Source: a virus
IMG/VR virus record: IMGVR_UViG_3300029319_000006
Coordinates: 1-64,000 of that record
DNA length: 64,000 nucleotides
Direction: 5' to 3' (one strand)
Part shown: one piece after another, positions 36,881 to 46,831 of the stretch
Numbering within the stretch: position 1 is the stretch's first letter
How the letters are laid out: each line of letters opens with the position of its first letter
Position numbers and translations under genes: made by a program
Notes under the pieces: generated by a model
Told to the model about the DNA's origin: nothing
Seen by the model: the letters and a program-made list of their open reading frames with translations, nothing else
Databases searched by the model: none

Positions 36881-37462
36881 TCATATTTCACCTATTGATT
36901 TTAAACCAGTTATATCAGGTTCTTTATCCGACCCAAACATACTGCAATAATGTATATTTTGTTTTATTCCTTTAAATAAAATATTGTCAGCTGTATATAC
37001 ATCATAATTAAATTGATTACAATACTTTTCCCATTTAAATTCTCTTTCTACTTGAGAAGAATGTCTAGTCCAAAAAATTGTATCTATTTTAGTATCAAGT
37101 AATAAATCCCATGGCATTTGATCTAATATTTTTTTTTCTTCTTTGTAAAACTTTCTAGTTAGATTTCCTGGATAATAACTAGTTTTATATGCTCTTACAA
37201 AAACTCTTAATACATTTGAAGGTAATTCAGGGTATTGTTTAAAAAAATATCCGTAGCAAGGAATATTTTGTTTATGCCAAACTATAGATAATGTTTTATC
37301 TAATTTTGTTAATTGATCAAATGTATATGGATTATCTTGTAATTTTGATTTAAAATTTTCTTCACAAGATGCTGTGTAAATAAATTGTTTTACTAAAGGA
37401 TAGTTTGGATCTTTACTAATACAAACATCTAAACCAATTGTACTTGAATGATGAATGGCCAT
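36881..37462 (-). CDS. hypothetical protein (possibly GNAT-like)
   Basis: TAATG-coupled to ligase gene; weak fold impression only. Confidence 0.5.
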   Translation of the reverse strand: MAIHHSSTIGLDVCISKDPNYPLVKQFIYTASCEENFKSKLQDNPYTFDQLTKLDKTLSIVWHKQNIPCYGYFFKQYPELPSNVLRVFVRAYKTSYYPGNLTRKFYKEEKKILDQMPWDLLLDTKIDTIFWTRHSSQVEREFKWEKYCNQFNYDVYTADNILFKGIKQNIHYCSMFGSDKEPDITGLKSIGEI

Positions 37463-38436
37463 TATATTGTTATTTCTTGATTTCTTTTTACTTTACGTAA
37501 ATTATCATCTACTTGTATATTTTGTACTTTATGAGTTTCTATTTCAAAAGGAAATGTAATATTTTCTAAAAATAATTTTCTTCTCATTTCTCCTGTAAAA
37601 TAAACTTTACATGATTTTTTTTCTTTTCTGCATAATGCTAATGAAGCTCCTGCTTCTATTGCTAGCTTTTCAATTTGTTCTGGATATACTTTATCACCAC
37701 AATTATCCATTTTAAACATATTATATTTTCTACCAACAATCTTAAATCCATTTGTGTATTGTTCTACTAGATCACCAGAATACCACCAATCTTTTTGTGT
37801 TTTATATTTACACACAATTTCATTATCTTGTATTTTAAAATCAATGTTTGGATTTATATCATCATAACAATAATCATCTTGTAACTCAGTAGACATAATT
37901 ATAGGAGGAACTTCAGATGATCCATATGCTGTATCAACTCTTTTGGCTCCTTTAGATCTCAAATCTTCCATAAGATGATTAGGAGTAATATCACTACCAA
38001 CTTGCATGTGTTGAATAAAAGACAAATCTACGTTTTTCCATGATTTATGTTTGTGCCATGTTTTCCAAACATTAGGAAGTATAAGAGTATGTGTTGGTTT
38101 TATTTCTAGTAATCTAGATACATAATGATCTACTGTTGTTTCTATAAATAAATCACAATTAGATTCTTGAGCTAAAAATAAAGCCATGGAAGTAAATCCA
38201 ATTCCTCTTGGACTGTACAGTCCTAATAATACAGATTTTGAATTTAAATTCATATACTGAACATTATATTTTGCTATATCTGTCATAAGTTCAGATGAAT
38301 GTGAAAATATTTTAGGAGTACCAGTAGTACCAGACGAAGACACTGTAACTTGTCTATTACTTAAACCTTTTATTATACTTTCATAAACTTTTTTATTTTT
38401 ACTAATTCCGTATGGAACTCTATCAATATAAATCAT
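37462..38436 (-). CDS. AMP-forming (ANL family) acyl-CoA synthetase-like protein
   Basis: SSGTTGTPK, YGSSE, SGD, GR, KVYPEQIE. Confidence 0.8.
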   Translation of the reverse strand: MIYIDRVPYGISKNKKVYESIIKGLSNRQVTVSSSGTTGTPKIFSHSSELMTDIAKYNVQYMNLNSKSVLLGLYSPRGIGFTSMALFLAQESNCDLFIETTVDHYVSRLLEIKPTHTLILPNVWKTWHKHKSWKNVDLSFIQHMQVGSDITPNHLMEDLRSKGAKRVDTAYGSSEVPPIIMSTELQDDYCYDDINPNIDFKIQDNEIVCKYKTQKDWWYSGDLVEQYTNGFKIVGRKYNMFKMDNCGDKVYPEQIEKLAIEAGASLALCRKEKKSCKVYFTGEMRRKLFLENITFPFEIETHKVQNIQVDDNLRKVKRNQEITI

Positions 38437-40109
38437 CTTTCACTCATAGCCTCTTCTAATACTTCATTATGTGTTCTTCCACCATACAGATATTTTTTAC
38501 TCCAATCATATACATGAGGAGCTATCTTAGCTATTTGCTGACCTTTTTGTTTTATATAATTATAATCTATTTCAGCTAATTTTAACAAATCTTTATCAAT
38601 TTGTAAATCACACAGTTTATCATCCCATCTATCTAAGTACATTTGTTGATCAGCCCATTGAAAATCTAGAAAGAAATTAGCTCCAAGATATCCTCTTGGA
38701 CTTCTATATTCCTTCCAATTCTTTTTTATATGATCATTATCAATTCCATATTGTCCCCATTTTCTCCAAAATTCAGTATCACGTCTTTTACTTAGAGTGT
38801 AATGATAACATATAAAATCACTTATCTGACTATGAAGTTTGTGTATTTCTCTTGTGACAGCTTTTTTTGTAGATTCTTTTATAATCGATCCTTTATATTT
38901 TTTTAAAGCATGATTAAGCATTTGCATTCCTGCTTGGCCAACATATACTACATTAGCTTCCATAGGATCTACAAATCCTTGAGACATTCCTATTCCTATA
39001 ACATTTTTATCCCAACATTTATCATAATATCCTTGTTCCCATTGAATTAATCTAGGTTCAGCTAAAAATTCATAACCATCCCAATAACTAATAAAGTCTT
39101 CTCTTGCTTTATCTTTATCATAAGTATTAGCATCAAATATGTAACCTGAACCCATTCTACTAAAAAGAGTAATAATAAATTGCCAGCCAGCTTCTCTAGC
39201 ATAACTTTGGGTGTAGGGCTTCATTTCATTATATGGATCCTTATACTTTAAAGGAGCTACCCAAGCACTTTGTGTAGGTTGTTGATCAATATGTTTAAAC
39301 TTTACATCCATTCCTTTAAGAAGTACTTTATGAAATCCTGAACAATCAACATATAAATCAGCTCCACACTTTAATCCATTTGCTAATGATAATTTATTCA
39401 CATATCCATCAGTGTCATAATGAACTCCATTAATATGAGATTTTATCCATTTTACTCCAAGTTTAAGAGCAGATAAGTCTCTAATTATTTTAGGAAATCT
39501 TGCAGCATCTGCATGCCATGTATAACTTCCATATCCACCAGTAACTTTATAGTTATCATTATAACGAGCAGATCTATTAGCCATAGATGGATAATATTGC
39601 TCCATAGTATACTCACCTTGCTCATGCCATTTATATTTTCCTGATCTTACTAAATGATACCAATAATCTCTACTTTTTTCATCTATACCAAATTTGTTAT
39701 TATTATCATTAAAATAATCTTCATCAGTTCTTTGATGATATAAATTATTTTTAAAGACATTTGTTCTATGAGTAAAACTAAAAGTATAATAATGTTGATA
39801 TTCTTTTTTAGCATTCCAATGATCAGTTACGTGTCTCATAGGTGTTTCTGTATTCCATCCAACAAAATGATTTCCCATTTTATGAATACCATGAACATTA
39901 CTTAACCACTGACGTTCATCAATACCCAACCAACTCAAAAGTTGACCAAGTTGAGGAACCATACTTTCACCAACTCCTAATATAGGTACTTTATCAGATT
40001 CTATTACTGTGACATCAATGTCACGATTAAACTTTTTTAAATATGCGGCTGTAAACCATCCAGCAACTCCACCTCCTACAACAATGATAGATTTTACATC
40101 AGTCTTCAT
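38433..40109 (-). CDS. flavin-dependent (tryptophan-type) halogenase
   Basis: GGGVAG, GVGES, conserved K (GIHKMG), YVDCSGF, GWQFII, FVDPMEA. Confidence 0.85.
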   Translation of the reverse strand: MKTDVKSIIVVGGGVAGWFTAAYLKKFNRDIDVTVIESDKVPILGVGESMVPQLGQLLSWLGIDERQWLSNVHGIHKMGNHFVGWNTETPMRHVTDHWNAKKEYQHYYTFSFTHRTNVFKNNLYHQRTDEDYFNDNNNKFGIDEKSRDYWYHLVRSGKYKWHEQGEYTMEQYYPSMANRSARYNDNYKVTGGYGSYTWHADAARFPKIIRDLSALKLGVKWIKSHINGVHYDTDGYVNKLSLANGLKCGADLYVDCSGFHKVLLKGMDVKFKHIDQQPTQSAWVAPLKYKDPYNEMKPYTQSYAREAGWQFIITLFSRMGSGYIFDANTYDKDKAREDFISYWDGYEFLAEPRLIQWEQGYYDKCWDKNVIGIGMSQGFVDPMEANVVYVGQAGMQMLNHALKKYKGSIIKESTKKAVTREIHKLHSQISDFICYHYTLSKRRDTEFWRKWGQYGIDNDHIKKNWKEYRSPRGYLGANFFLDFQWADQQMYLDRWDDKLCDLQIDKDLLKLAEIDYNYIKQKGQQIAKIAPHVYDWSKKYLYGGRTHNEVLEEAMSER

Positions 40110-40290
40110 ATTTTGCCTCCTCCCATGATTGCCTTATACAAACTAATGCTTGTTCTTCTTCTAAATACATTGATCTTGCATCAACTGCTAAAACACATTG
40201 ATCAGCAATATTAAACGCATCAATTTGTTCTGCAGTATATCCTCCTGTTGATAATGAAGAAACTAAAACTAAATAATATATATAGCTCAT
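40099..40290 (-). CDS. hypothetical protein
   Basis: Coupled ORF. Confidence 0.55.
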   Translation of the reverse strand: MSYIYYLVLVSSLSTGGYTAEQIDAFNIADQCVLAVDARSMYLEEEQALVCIRQSWEEAKYED

Positions 40291-41249
40291 TTGAACTCCA
40301 CATTGGCCATTATTTCAGTTAAACATGCTACTGTATTAAGTTCGTGATCTGCTACAAAAGCATCTTTATATTGATAATCCGCTAAAATTAATACTAATTG
40401 AGGAATGCTTTTAGGTACAATAATTTCATTCATATTATCATATAATCCTCTAAAAATAGCAACTGTATCTATATCCATATGATTAACAACCCAAGTTCTC
40501 ATCTTCTTAAAGTCTTTAGCTTTTAAATATTTAGCTAAATCTGTAAAAGTATTAACATTACCAATACTATCTATCGAAGAAATACTACATCCCTTCTGAC
40601 AAAGACTTTGAGCTTGATTAAGTACTCTTCTCCAATCAGGAGCATACTTCATAATGAGATCAGCTGCAGCTTTAGGTTCAGTTTTTACATTCTCTTTGTC
40701 TAATATAGACATAAAGTGTTTATGAAATTGAGCTGCTAGTTGAGCTAAATCTTTTTTAGTTGTATTGAATTCATATGTAGAACATCTTGAATGTAGAGGT
40801 TCTATAATTCTATTTTTAAAATTACATGTAAAAATAAATCTACAATTACTTGCAAACTCTTCGATAAAACCTCTAAGAGCTGGTTGAGTAGATTGTGGGT
40901 TAAGATAGTCAGCCTCATCAAGAATAACTACCTTAACACCACCAGACAAAGATACACTAGAAGCAAACTGTTTTATTTTACCTCTTAGTGTATCAATGTT
41001 ACCTTCCTCTGAGCCATTGATCATTATATAATCCAAGCCGAGTTGCCTACACAATGCTTTTGCAACAGTAGTCTTTCCAGTTCCTGCAGACCCTGTGAAT
41101 AACATATTGGGCAACTCGCCATTATCTACAATTGCTTGAAACACGTTTTTTAACGGAGGAGGAAGAATCGTGTCTTCAATTGTCTGTGGACGATATTTTT
41201 CAACCCAGAGGAAGTGTTCACTTATACTTTTGTTCATAATATCTTTCAT
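40287..41249 (-). CDS. 44: clamp loader large subunit (gp44)
   Basis: WVEKYRP, GSAGTGKTT, ILDEAD, SRC. Confidence 0.95.
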   Translation of the reverse strand: MKDIMNKSISEHFLWVEKYRPQTIEDTILPPPLKNVFQAIVDNGELPNMLFTGSAGTGKTTVAKALCRQLGLDYIMINGSEEGNIDTLRGKIKQFASSVSLSGGVKVVILDEADYLNPQSTQPALRGFIEEFASNCRFIFTCNFKNRIIEPLHSRCSTYEFNTTKKDLAQLAAQFHKHFMSILDKENVKTEPKAAADLIMKYAPDWRRVLNQAQSLCQKGCSISSIDSIGNVNTFTDLAKYLKAKDFKKMRTWVVNHMDIDTVAIFRGLYDNMNEIIVPKSIPQLVLILADYQYKDAFVADHELNTVACLTEIMANVEFK

Positions 41250-41859
41250 AATCTAAAGGAAGATTTACATCTTCATAATCAATATAGTAATCATTATACA
41301 TTATTTTTGATCCAAGTAGCAACGAATAATATTTTGGATTATTTAAATTACTATCCCATGGTGCACCAAAAGCAAATGTAAATTTGGTATTAGTATGAGT
41401 GTTTAACATATAATGTGGCCATCTACCACTCATTATAAATGGTTTATCTATTTCTTCTTTTAAAGATATATCTCCTTGATCTGACATAAAGACTAAATCA
41501 TCTACATTACCTTGTAAAACATATCTAAACTTATGCTGTAATGTTGAAAACATTTCTGGACTACAATCTATGTGTGGAGGATTAGCTTGACCAGGTTTAG
41601 TAGTAATGATCATTATTCTACTTTTGCCTGTGTAAGGAAATACTACATCTTCAGACCATTCTTTTAAAGATGGAAAATCATTAGCATATGGAGTCCATTG
41701 ATAATCAGTCTTGTCAGCTGAATGCATTAAAGGCACATGCCAACAATTACGAAAATCATCTCTTATTATATTTTGATAATCTATATCATTTAGTTTATCT
41801 AAACAATCAAGAGGAGGGTTTTCTATATCTAAAGGTAAATATAGAAGTTTCTCAAACAT
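41218..41859 (-). CDS. 2OG-Fe(II) oxygenase-like protein
   Basis: RIM, PHID (HxD), WPHYM.N. Confidence 0.55.
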   Translation of the reverse strand: MFEKLLYLPLDIENPPLDCLDKLNDIDYQNIIRDDFRNCWHVPLMHSADKTDYQWTPYANDFPSLKEWSEDVVFPYTGKSRIMIITTKPGQANPPHIDCSPEMFSTLQHKFRYVLQGNVDDLVFMSDQGDISLKEEIDKPFIMSGRWPHYMLNTHTNTKFTFAFGAPWDSNLNNPKYYSLLLGSKIMYNDYYIDYEDVNLPLDYERYYEQKYK

Positions 41860-42125
41860 TATTTTTGAGGAGCAGGAGGAACCGGTTGAGGTTGTTGAAC
41901 ATTACCACCAGCTTGATCTTGTTGATACTGCTCAGAAATTTGTATGAATTGTACTGCTTGATCTCTTAACTGACCAAGTGTAGACAACTCCTCACCTTTT
42001 ATAGCTCCTCTTTGAACCATTGTATCAATAACAGCTACTGTTGATCTACAGATTCTATTTCCAAGATCATAAGTAGGAGCATGTGATTCATGTGCTAGTT
42101 TTACTTCATCTTCTTTTGCCATCAT
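41859..42125 (-). CDS. hypothetical protein
   Basis: Coupled ORF. Confidence 0.6.
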   Translation of the reverse strand: MMAKEDEVKLAHESHAPTYDLGNRICRSTVAVIDTMVQRGAIKGEELSTLGQLRDQAVQFIQISEQYQQDQAGGNVQQPQPVPPAPQK

Positions 42126-42799
42126 TTATCTCCATGTTTTGATGATTTTTCTAATGCAATCCAATATGTAAGATTGCCTGCTTCGTTAGTAAATTGAGAA
42201 ATAAGTTTCTTTGATATCTTAACTTTATAGTCATCAGATACCATTCTTAGATTAGCTATATTTAGTATGTATTTAAATGACTGATCTTTATAATCTCCAT
42301 CCACTTCTACGCTGTATGTATTAGCTGATGCGTTTTCTGGATCTACAACAGATAACTTAACACACCCTTCAGATGGTTCAATCATAAGTTCGCCATGAGA
42401 AAATATACCAGCTGCTCTTTTGATAGAATTGAGAGTATTAACATCTAAATTAAACCATACATCTTCTTCTGGCATAACTATTGGTTTATTAGGAGTAGTT
42501 AACATTTCAGTATCAGCATAATAATATTTTACTACTTCTCTACCACTTTGACTACTGACATGCATATATGATTGATCTAATTGTATGCGAGGAGTATCTA
42601 CTAGATTCAATACATTGAGAAACTCTTGCAAATCATATATTCCTATCAATGTAGAAAATTTTTCAGGTATAGCTGCCTCCGCTAATATATTTTTAGCTTC
42701 AGATATTGTCATTAGTTTCTGACCAGGTTTGATAACTATATTTGAATTTATACTAGCAAAGTTCTTTAATATATTAACTGTATTAGCACTTATTTCCAT
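42122..42799 (-). CDS. 45: sliding clamp (gp45)
   Basis: ILKNFASIN, GIYDL.EFL, YWIALE. Confidence 0.93.
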   Translation of the reverse strand: MEISANTVNILKNFASINSNIVIKPGQKLMTISEAKNILAEAAIPEKFSTLIGIYDLQEFLNVLNLVDTPRIQLDQSYMHVSSQSGREVVKYYYADTEMLTTPNKPIVMPEEDVWFNLDVNTLNSIKRAAGIFSHGELMIEPSEGCVKLSVVDPENASANTYSVEVDGDYKDQSFKYILNIANLRMVSDDYKVKISKKLISQFTNEAGNLTYWIALEKSSKHGDK

Positions 42800-44511
42800 T
42801 ATTTTATCCTACTAAAATTTTTGTGTTTCATCATTTCTATTTTATGAGCAAACTTACCATCAAGTAAATCACCTTTGTGAGATATAATAAAAACATTTGT
42901 ATCATCTTTAAGAGTATAAATGATTTTCATAAGATTGTCAACACCTTCGTGATCTAGTGATGAATCAAATGTTTCATCCAGAATTAATAAGTTAGTTGCT
43001 ACACTATGTTTCATCTTAGCTATCTGACGCCAGGTGAAAAGTAATGCTAAGTCTATACGTTGTTTTTCCCCTTCTGAGAACGAATCATATGTGAAGTTAT
43101 CTCTAAACCGTGATTTGATAGTTTCTTGAAAAGTTTCATCTAAATTAAACGATACAAAGAAATCTAATATTTGTAAATATTGATTACACAGTTTATTAAT
43201 AACAGGCAAGTATTGTTTTATTATTTTTGTTTTTATGCCTGTATCTCTAAGCATTTGAGATATTACTTGATCATAATTGTATTGTTCATTAAGAACTAAT
43301 TTTTGTTCTATTAAGTCTTTATCGGCTGTTTGTAATTCTTCTAGTTCAGATTTAGCTGATTCCATATCAGCTGATTGTCCAATATTTTCTATTTCAGATA
43401 ATGTTCTGTTAATATAAGATTGATATTGGTCTATAGATTGATTGTTAGCATGTAAATCTGATTGATATTGTCTAATAATTTTTAATTCTTGTTCTAACGA
43501 ATCTAAATTATCTTGTTTATTATTCAGGTTATTATCAGCTTTAGTCATAGCTTCTTGTAAGTCTTTAGCTTTATTTTTTCCTGTTTCAATACGCTGATTC
43601 TTTACCTCTATTGTTATAGACTGATCACAAGTGGGACATATGTCATTATCTTCAAAAAACTTTACTTCTTTTACTATCTTATTAACTTGTGTAGAAAACT
43701 TTGTTTTGTAAGTATTAAGTTGAGATATAGCTGATTGTGTTTGAGTTATTTGTGTTTCTGTAGTTTCTAAATTGTCATCTATTTTTTTAGATAGTTCATT
43801 GTTGGTTGACTGTATCTTTTCTATCTCTTGTCTATATTCTTCAATCTGATTTTGCTTTTCTACTTTAGCTTCTTTGTTAAGAGCTTCTATATCTTTAATA
43901 TATTTTTTTTGTGATATTATTTTAGTTTTAGCTACTTCAATATTATGAGATATATTTCTTATTTGTTCTTTTAATGCAGATACTTTCTCTTTCAGTAAAG
44001 AATTCATTTTACTGAATACATTAATGTCCAGAAGATCCTCAATCACATCTCTCCTATGTTGTGCTGAGAGTTGCATGAAGGGAATGAAGGAGGAGGACCC
44101 TAGCACAACAATCTGATGGAAACTTTTATGGTTAAGTTTCAGGATATTGCTTTCAAGAATCTTCTGGTACTCTTTGGCATGTGAATTCTGATTCAGCATC
44201 ACATCACCTTTCCAAATTTCAAAAAGATTAGGTTTTATACCTCTCACTATTTTGAAATCTGAACCCATTACGTTAAATTCTACTATTACTTTTGTACCTT
44301 TGTTATTAATACTATTAACCAGTTGAGCTTTGGATATATTTCTATGAGCTCTACCAAATAATGCAAAGGCTAAAGCATCTAACATAGTAGATTTACCGGA
44401 ACCATTATGACCTATTACTAACGTAGTAGGATGACTAACGAAGTCAATCTCAGACCAATTATTTCCTGTAGAAAGGAAATTTTTCCACTTCAACGATTTG
44501 AATGTAATCAT
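42799..44511 (-). CDS. 46: recombination endonuclease ATPase subunit (gp46)
   Basis: KNFLSTGN, G.NGSGKST, CPTC hook, FSEGE, LDE. Confidence 0.95.
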   Translation of the reverse strand: MITFKSLKWKNFLSTGNNWSEIDFVSHPTTLVIGHNGSGKSTMLDALAFALFGRAHRNISKAQLVNSINNKGTKVIVEFNVMGSDFKIVRGIKPNLFEIWKGDVMLNQNSHAKEYQKILESNILKLNHKSFHQIVVLGSSSFIPFMQLSAQHRRDVIEDLLDINVFSKMNSLLKEKVSALKEQIRNISHNIEVAKTKIISQKKYIKDIEALNKEAKVEKQNQIEEYRQEIEKIQSTNNELSKKIDDNLETTETQITQTQSAISQLNTYKTKFSTQVNKIVKEVKFFEDNDICPTCDQSITIEVKNQRIETGKNKAKDLQEAMTKADNNLNNKQDNLDSLEQELKIIRQYQSDLHANNQSIDQYQSYINRTLSEIENIGQSADMESAKSELEELQTADKDLIEQKLVLNEQYNYDQVISQMLRDTGIKTKIIKQYLPVINKLCNQYLQILDFFVSFNLDETFQETIKSRFRDNFTYDSFSEGEKQRIDLALLFTWRQIAKMKHSVATNLLILDETFDSSLDHEGVDNLMKIIYTLKDDTNVFIISHKGDLLDGKFAHKIEMMKHKNFSRIK

Positions 44512-45569
44512 GCTATTTCTAAAGTCTGAGCTTCTGTCATTAAATCAGATACTTGTTTTTTAATACGATCTTTATCCAGATCAGTATCAACAGCATCTAT
44601 ATAACTATACAACAAACTTGAAGTATCCTCAACAGATATTTCACCATCATCTACATTTTCTCCTAAAAATTCATTAAAATTTTCAGCTATTTTTAATTCT
44701 AATATGTCTCTATTTTGTACACGATCAATAAACTTATCAAATACAAAGGAATCTTTTTTATTGATTACTACTACTTTTACAAACTTACCGTCAATATTAT
44801 CAAGATTATAATGAAGATAATCTTGTTGGGAATCATCATATATTATTCTATGAAATAACGTATGAGGATTTTTGATCGCTGTAAGTTCTCTTGTAGCAGT
44901 ATCTAAAATATGAAAATGTTTATCATCATGTGCATCATTCCAAAAAAACTCCATTTGAGAACCTAAGTAGAATATATTACCATCTTGAGATTTTACATGA
45001 AAATGACCAGATAATACTCTTTCGAATCTTTTAAATAAATCTTTTTCTAAACCATGTTCATTTTTCATACCTCTTAACATTTCAAAACCTTTTATTTCAA
45101 AATGTCCAGCTAACCAATCACACTTAGCATTGTTTATGAAATCCATACATTGTTTTTCATTTTCTGAATCAATCCAAGGTACTAATCCTAAATTAAAACC
45201 ATCATAGTCCATAACTTTTGGTTCTTGGACAATAGTTATTTCATTCATGTAATGACCAAGCAATTCTTTTAGAGAATTTATATCACCAGTATTTTTATAA
45301 TAGGTGTCGTGATTGCCACGAATAATATCCATGTGGATACCGTGCTGTCGTAACGGTTTAAGAAATGAATACCTGTTACGATTAAGAGCCCTGAAATTAA
45401 TGAATTTTCGATTGTCATAATAATCACCAAGGTGCAAGATATGGCTAATATTGTTTTCCAAAAGATAAGGAAAAAATACATCAGAATAAAATTTCTCTGC
45501 GTTATCGATAAATATGTCGCTGCTATTGCGAATGCCACAGTGGGTATCATTGATTATTGCTACTTTCAT
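44508..45569 (-). CDS. 47: recombination endonuclease subunit (gp47)
   Basis: DTH, GD, GNHD, SGHFH. Confidence 0.95.
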   Translation of the reverse strand: MKVAIINDTHCGIRNSSDIFIDNAEKFYSDVFFPYLLENNISHILHLGDYYDNRKFINFRALNRNRYSFLKPLRQHGIHMDIIRGNHDTYYKNTGDINSLKELLGHYMNEITIVQEPKVMDYDGFNLGLVPWIDSENEKQCMDFINNAKCDWLAGHFEIKGFEMLRGMKNEHGLEKDLFKRFERVLSGHFHVKSQDGNIFYLGSQMEFFWNDAHDDKHFHILDTATRELTAIKNPHTLFHRIIYDDSQQDYLHYNLDNIDGKFVKVVVINKKDSFVFDKFIDRVQNRDILELKIAENFNEFLGENVDDGEISVEDTSSLLYSYIDAVDTDLDKDRIKKQVSDLMTEAQTLEIA

Positions 45570-45655
45570 TTATATGTTTGCCCAAACAACTGTAACTGTA
45601 AGTATTACTAATGTTACTACAGCTACTGATAATAATATTACTGGAAAATGTTTCA

Positions 45656-46252
45656 TTATAAAAACTCACTCAAATCTGAATCTGCTATACTAGATCTTTT
45701 CATTCTTTTTTGTTTACGTTTTTCTTCTTCCATAAACACTTTAAATTCTGTATCTTTTGCCTTTACATCATCTATCCTATTCTTCAAAGTGTCAACAAAA
45801 TTTCTTACTACTGTATTAGATGTACCATCTCCACTTGGATCATCTATATATTCTTCTATGCCAGAAGATTTTATATATTTCATTTTAATATCTTGTTGTT
45901 TCTTTTCTTTTGCTATACGTCGTAAAAAAGCATACCAAGATATTTGTGTGAAATAAGCAAAGGCATTTGGATTACCAGTTCTTGTAGCTGCTTCAATATT
46001 ATAATTTTTTATAGCCTTCAAACAGTTTTCAATAGCATCCATAACCATTTCTTCTCTATACGTATATCGTATAAAGTTAGATTTATAAGATAATCCTTCA
46101 GCAATCTTTAAAAAACATTTAGCTATGTAATCTGGAACAATAGGAAGCTGTTCATTATTATTTTTAGATTGTTCTACAGTGACACAATAATCAACTACAG
46201 CTTGTGAAAATTCTTTATTATTTACATAATGTTTGTTTTGAGTCTTTGCCAT
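45656..46252 (-). CDS. 55: late sigma factor (gp55)
   Basis: HYVNNKEF, NF..YTYREEM, NAFAYFTQI...AFLRRI.KEKKQ. Confidence 0.95.
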   Translation of the reverse strand: MAKTQNKHYVNNKEFSQAVVDYCVTVEQSKNNNEQLPIVPDYIAKCFLKIAEGLSYKSNFIRYTYREEMVMDAIENCLKAIKNYNIEAATRTGNPNAFAYFTQISWYAFLRRIAKEKKQQDIKMKYIKSSGIEEYIDDPSGDGTSNTVVRNFVDTLKNRIDDVKAKDTEFKVFMEEEKRKQKRMKRSSIADSDLSEFL

Positions 46253-46272
46253 AATATACCTCAGTTTATAAT

Positions 46273-46301
46273 ATTATACTACAATTATTACTTACAGTCC
46301 A
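46273..46301 (-). promoter_or_regulatory. sigma70-type promoter for gp55 (TGGACT-17bp-TATAAT)
   Basis: Boxes and spacing. Confidence 0.6.
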
Positions 46302-46315
46302 CAATAAAATAGTTG

Positions 46316-46344
46316 TTGACCAATTACATTTTTTGGTGGATAAT
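46316..46344 (+). promoter_or_regulatory. orphan sigma70-type promoter (TTGACC-17bp-GATAAT), antisense to uvsW operon
   Basis: GTTGTTGAC family, A-tract upstream; no + strand gene downstream. Confidence 0.55.
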
Positions 46345-46372
46345 AAGACACCAGTCTTCGAGGGCAGTATAT

Positions 46373-46831
46373 CTAGTGAAGGGTTGGTTTTTTTGGATAT
46401 AATGTAACTACATTACTATGTTCATCAATAAAATCTTCTTCTAGATCTTCTTCATTAACTGTAATCTCTGGACTATTTTTTTTATTTAGTTTTTGTGTAA
46501 GTTTGTTAATTTTTTCAACAACTTCTTTTTCTGACATTTCTGATTCTTTGACAGCAGAATGATAATGTTTTAATACAGGAACTGATGGATTTGCTTCTCC
46601 TATAATTGACATAGCATTAAGTGCTATTAAATTATCAGGTCCTTCAGCAACTGTCATCCATGGTTTCATAGCATAGTATCTTGTATAATCTGGACCAAGA
46701 ACACAAGTTATTGCATATGCTCTTCTAATCAAAAGATCTTGATATTCTTCACTAGCCCATTCTATAATTTCACAAACTATTTCATCACCACTATTTAATT
46801 TAAATTGTTTGATTTCTTGTTTATTACTCAT
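46373..46831 (-). CDS. conserved hypothetical (Sm-like) protein downstream of uvsW
   Basis: KL.SGDEIVC, PW motif; synteny. Confidence 0.65.
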   Translation of the reverse strand: MSNKQEIKQFKLNSGDEIVCEIIEWASEEYQDLLIRRAYAITCVLGPDYTRYYAMKPWMTVAEGPDNLIALNAMSIIGEANPSVPVLKHYHSAVKESEMSEKEVVEKINKLTQKLNKKNSPEITVNEEDLEEDFIDEHSNVVTLYPKKPTLH

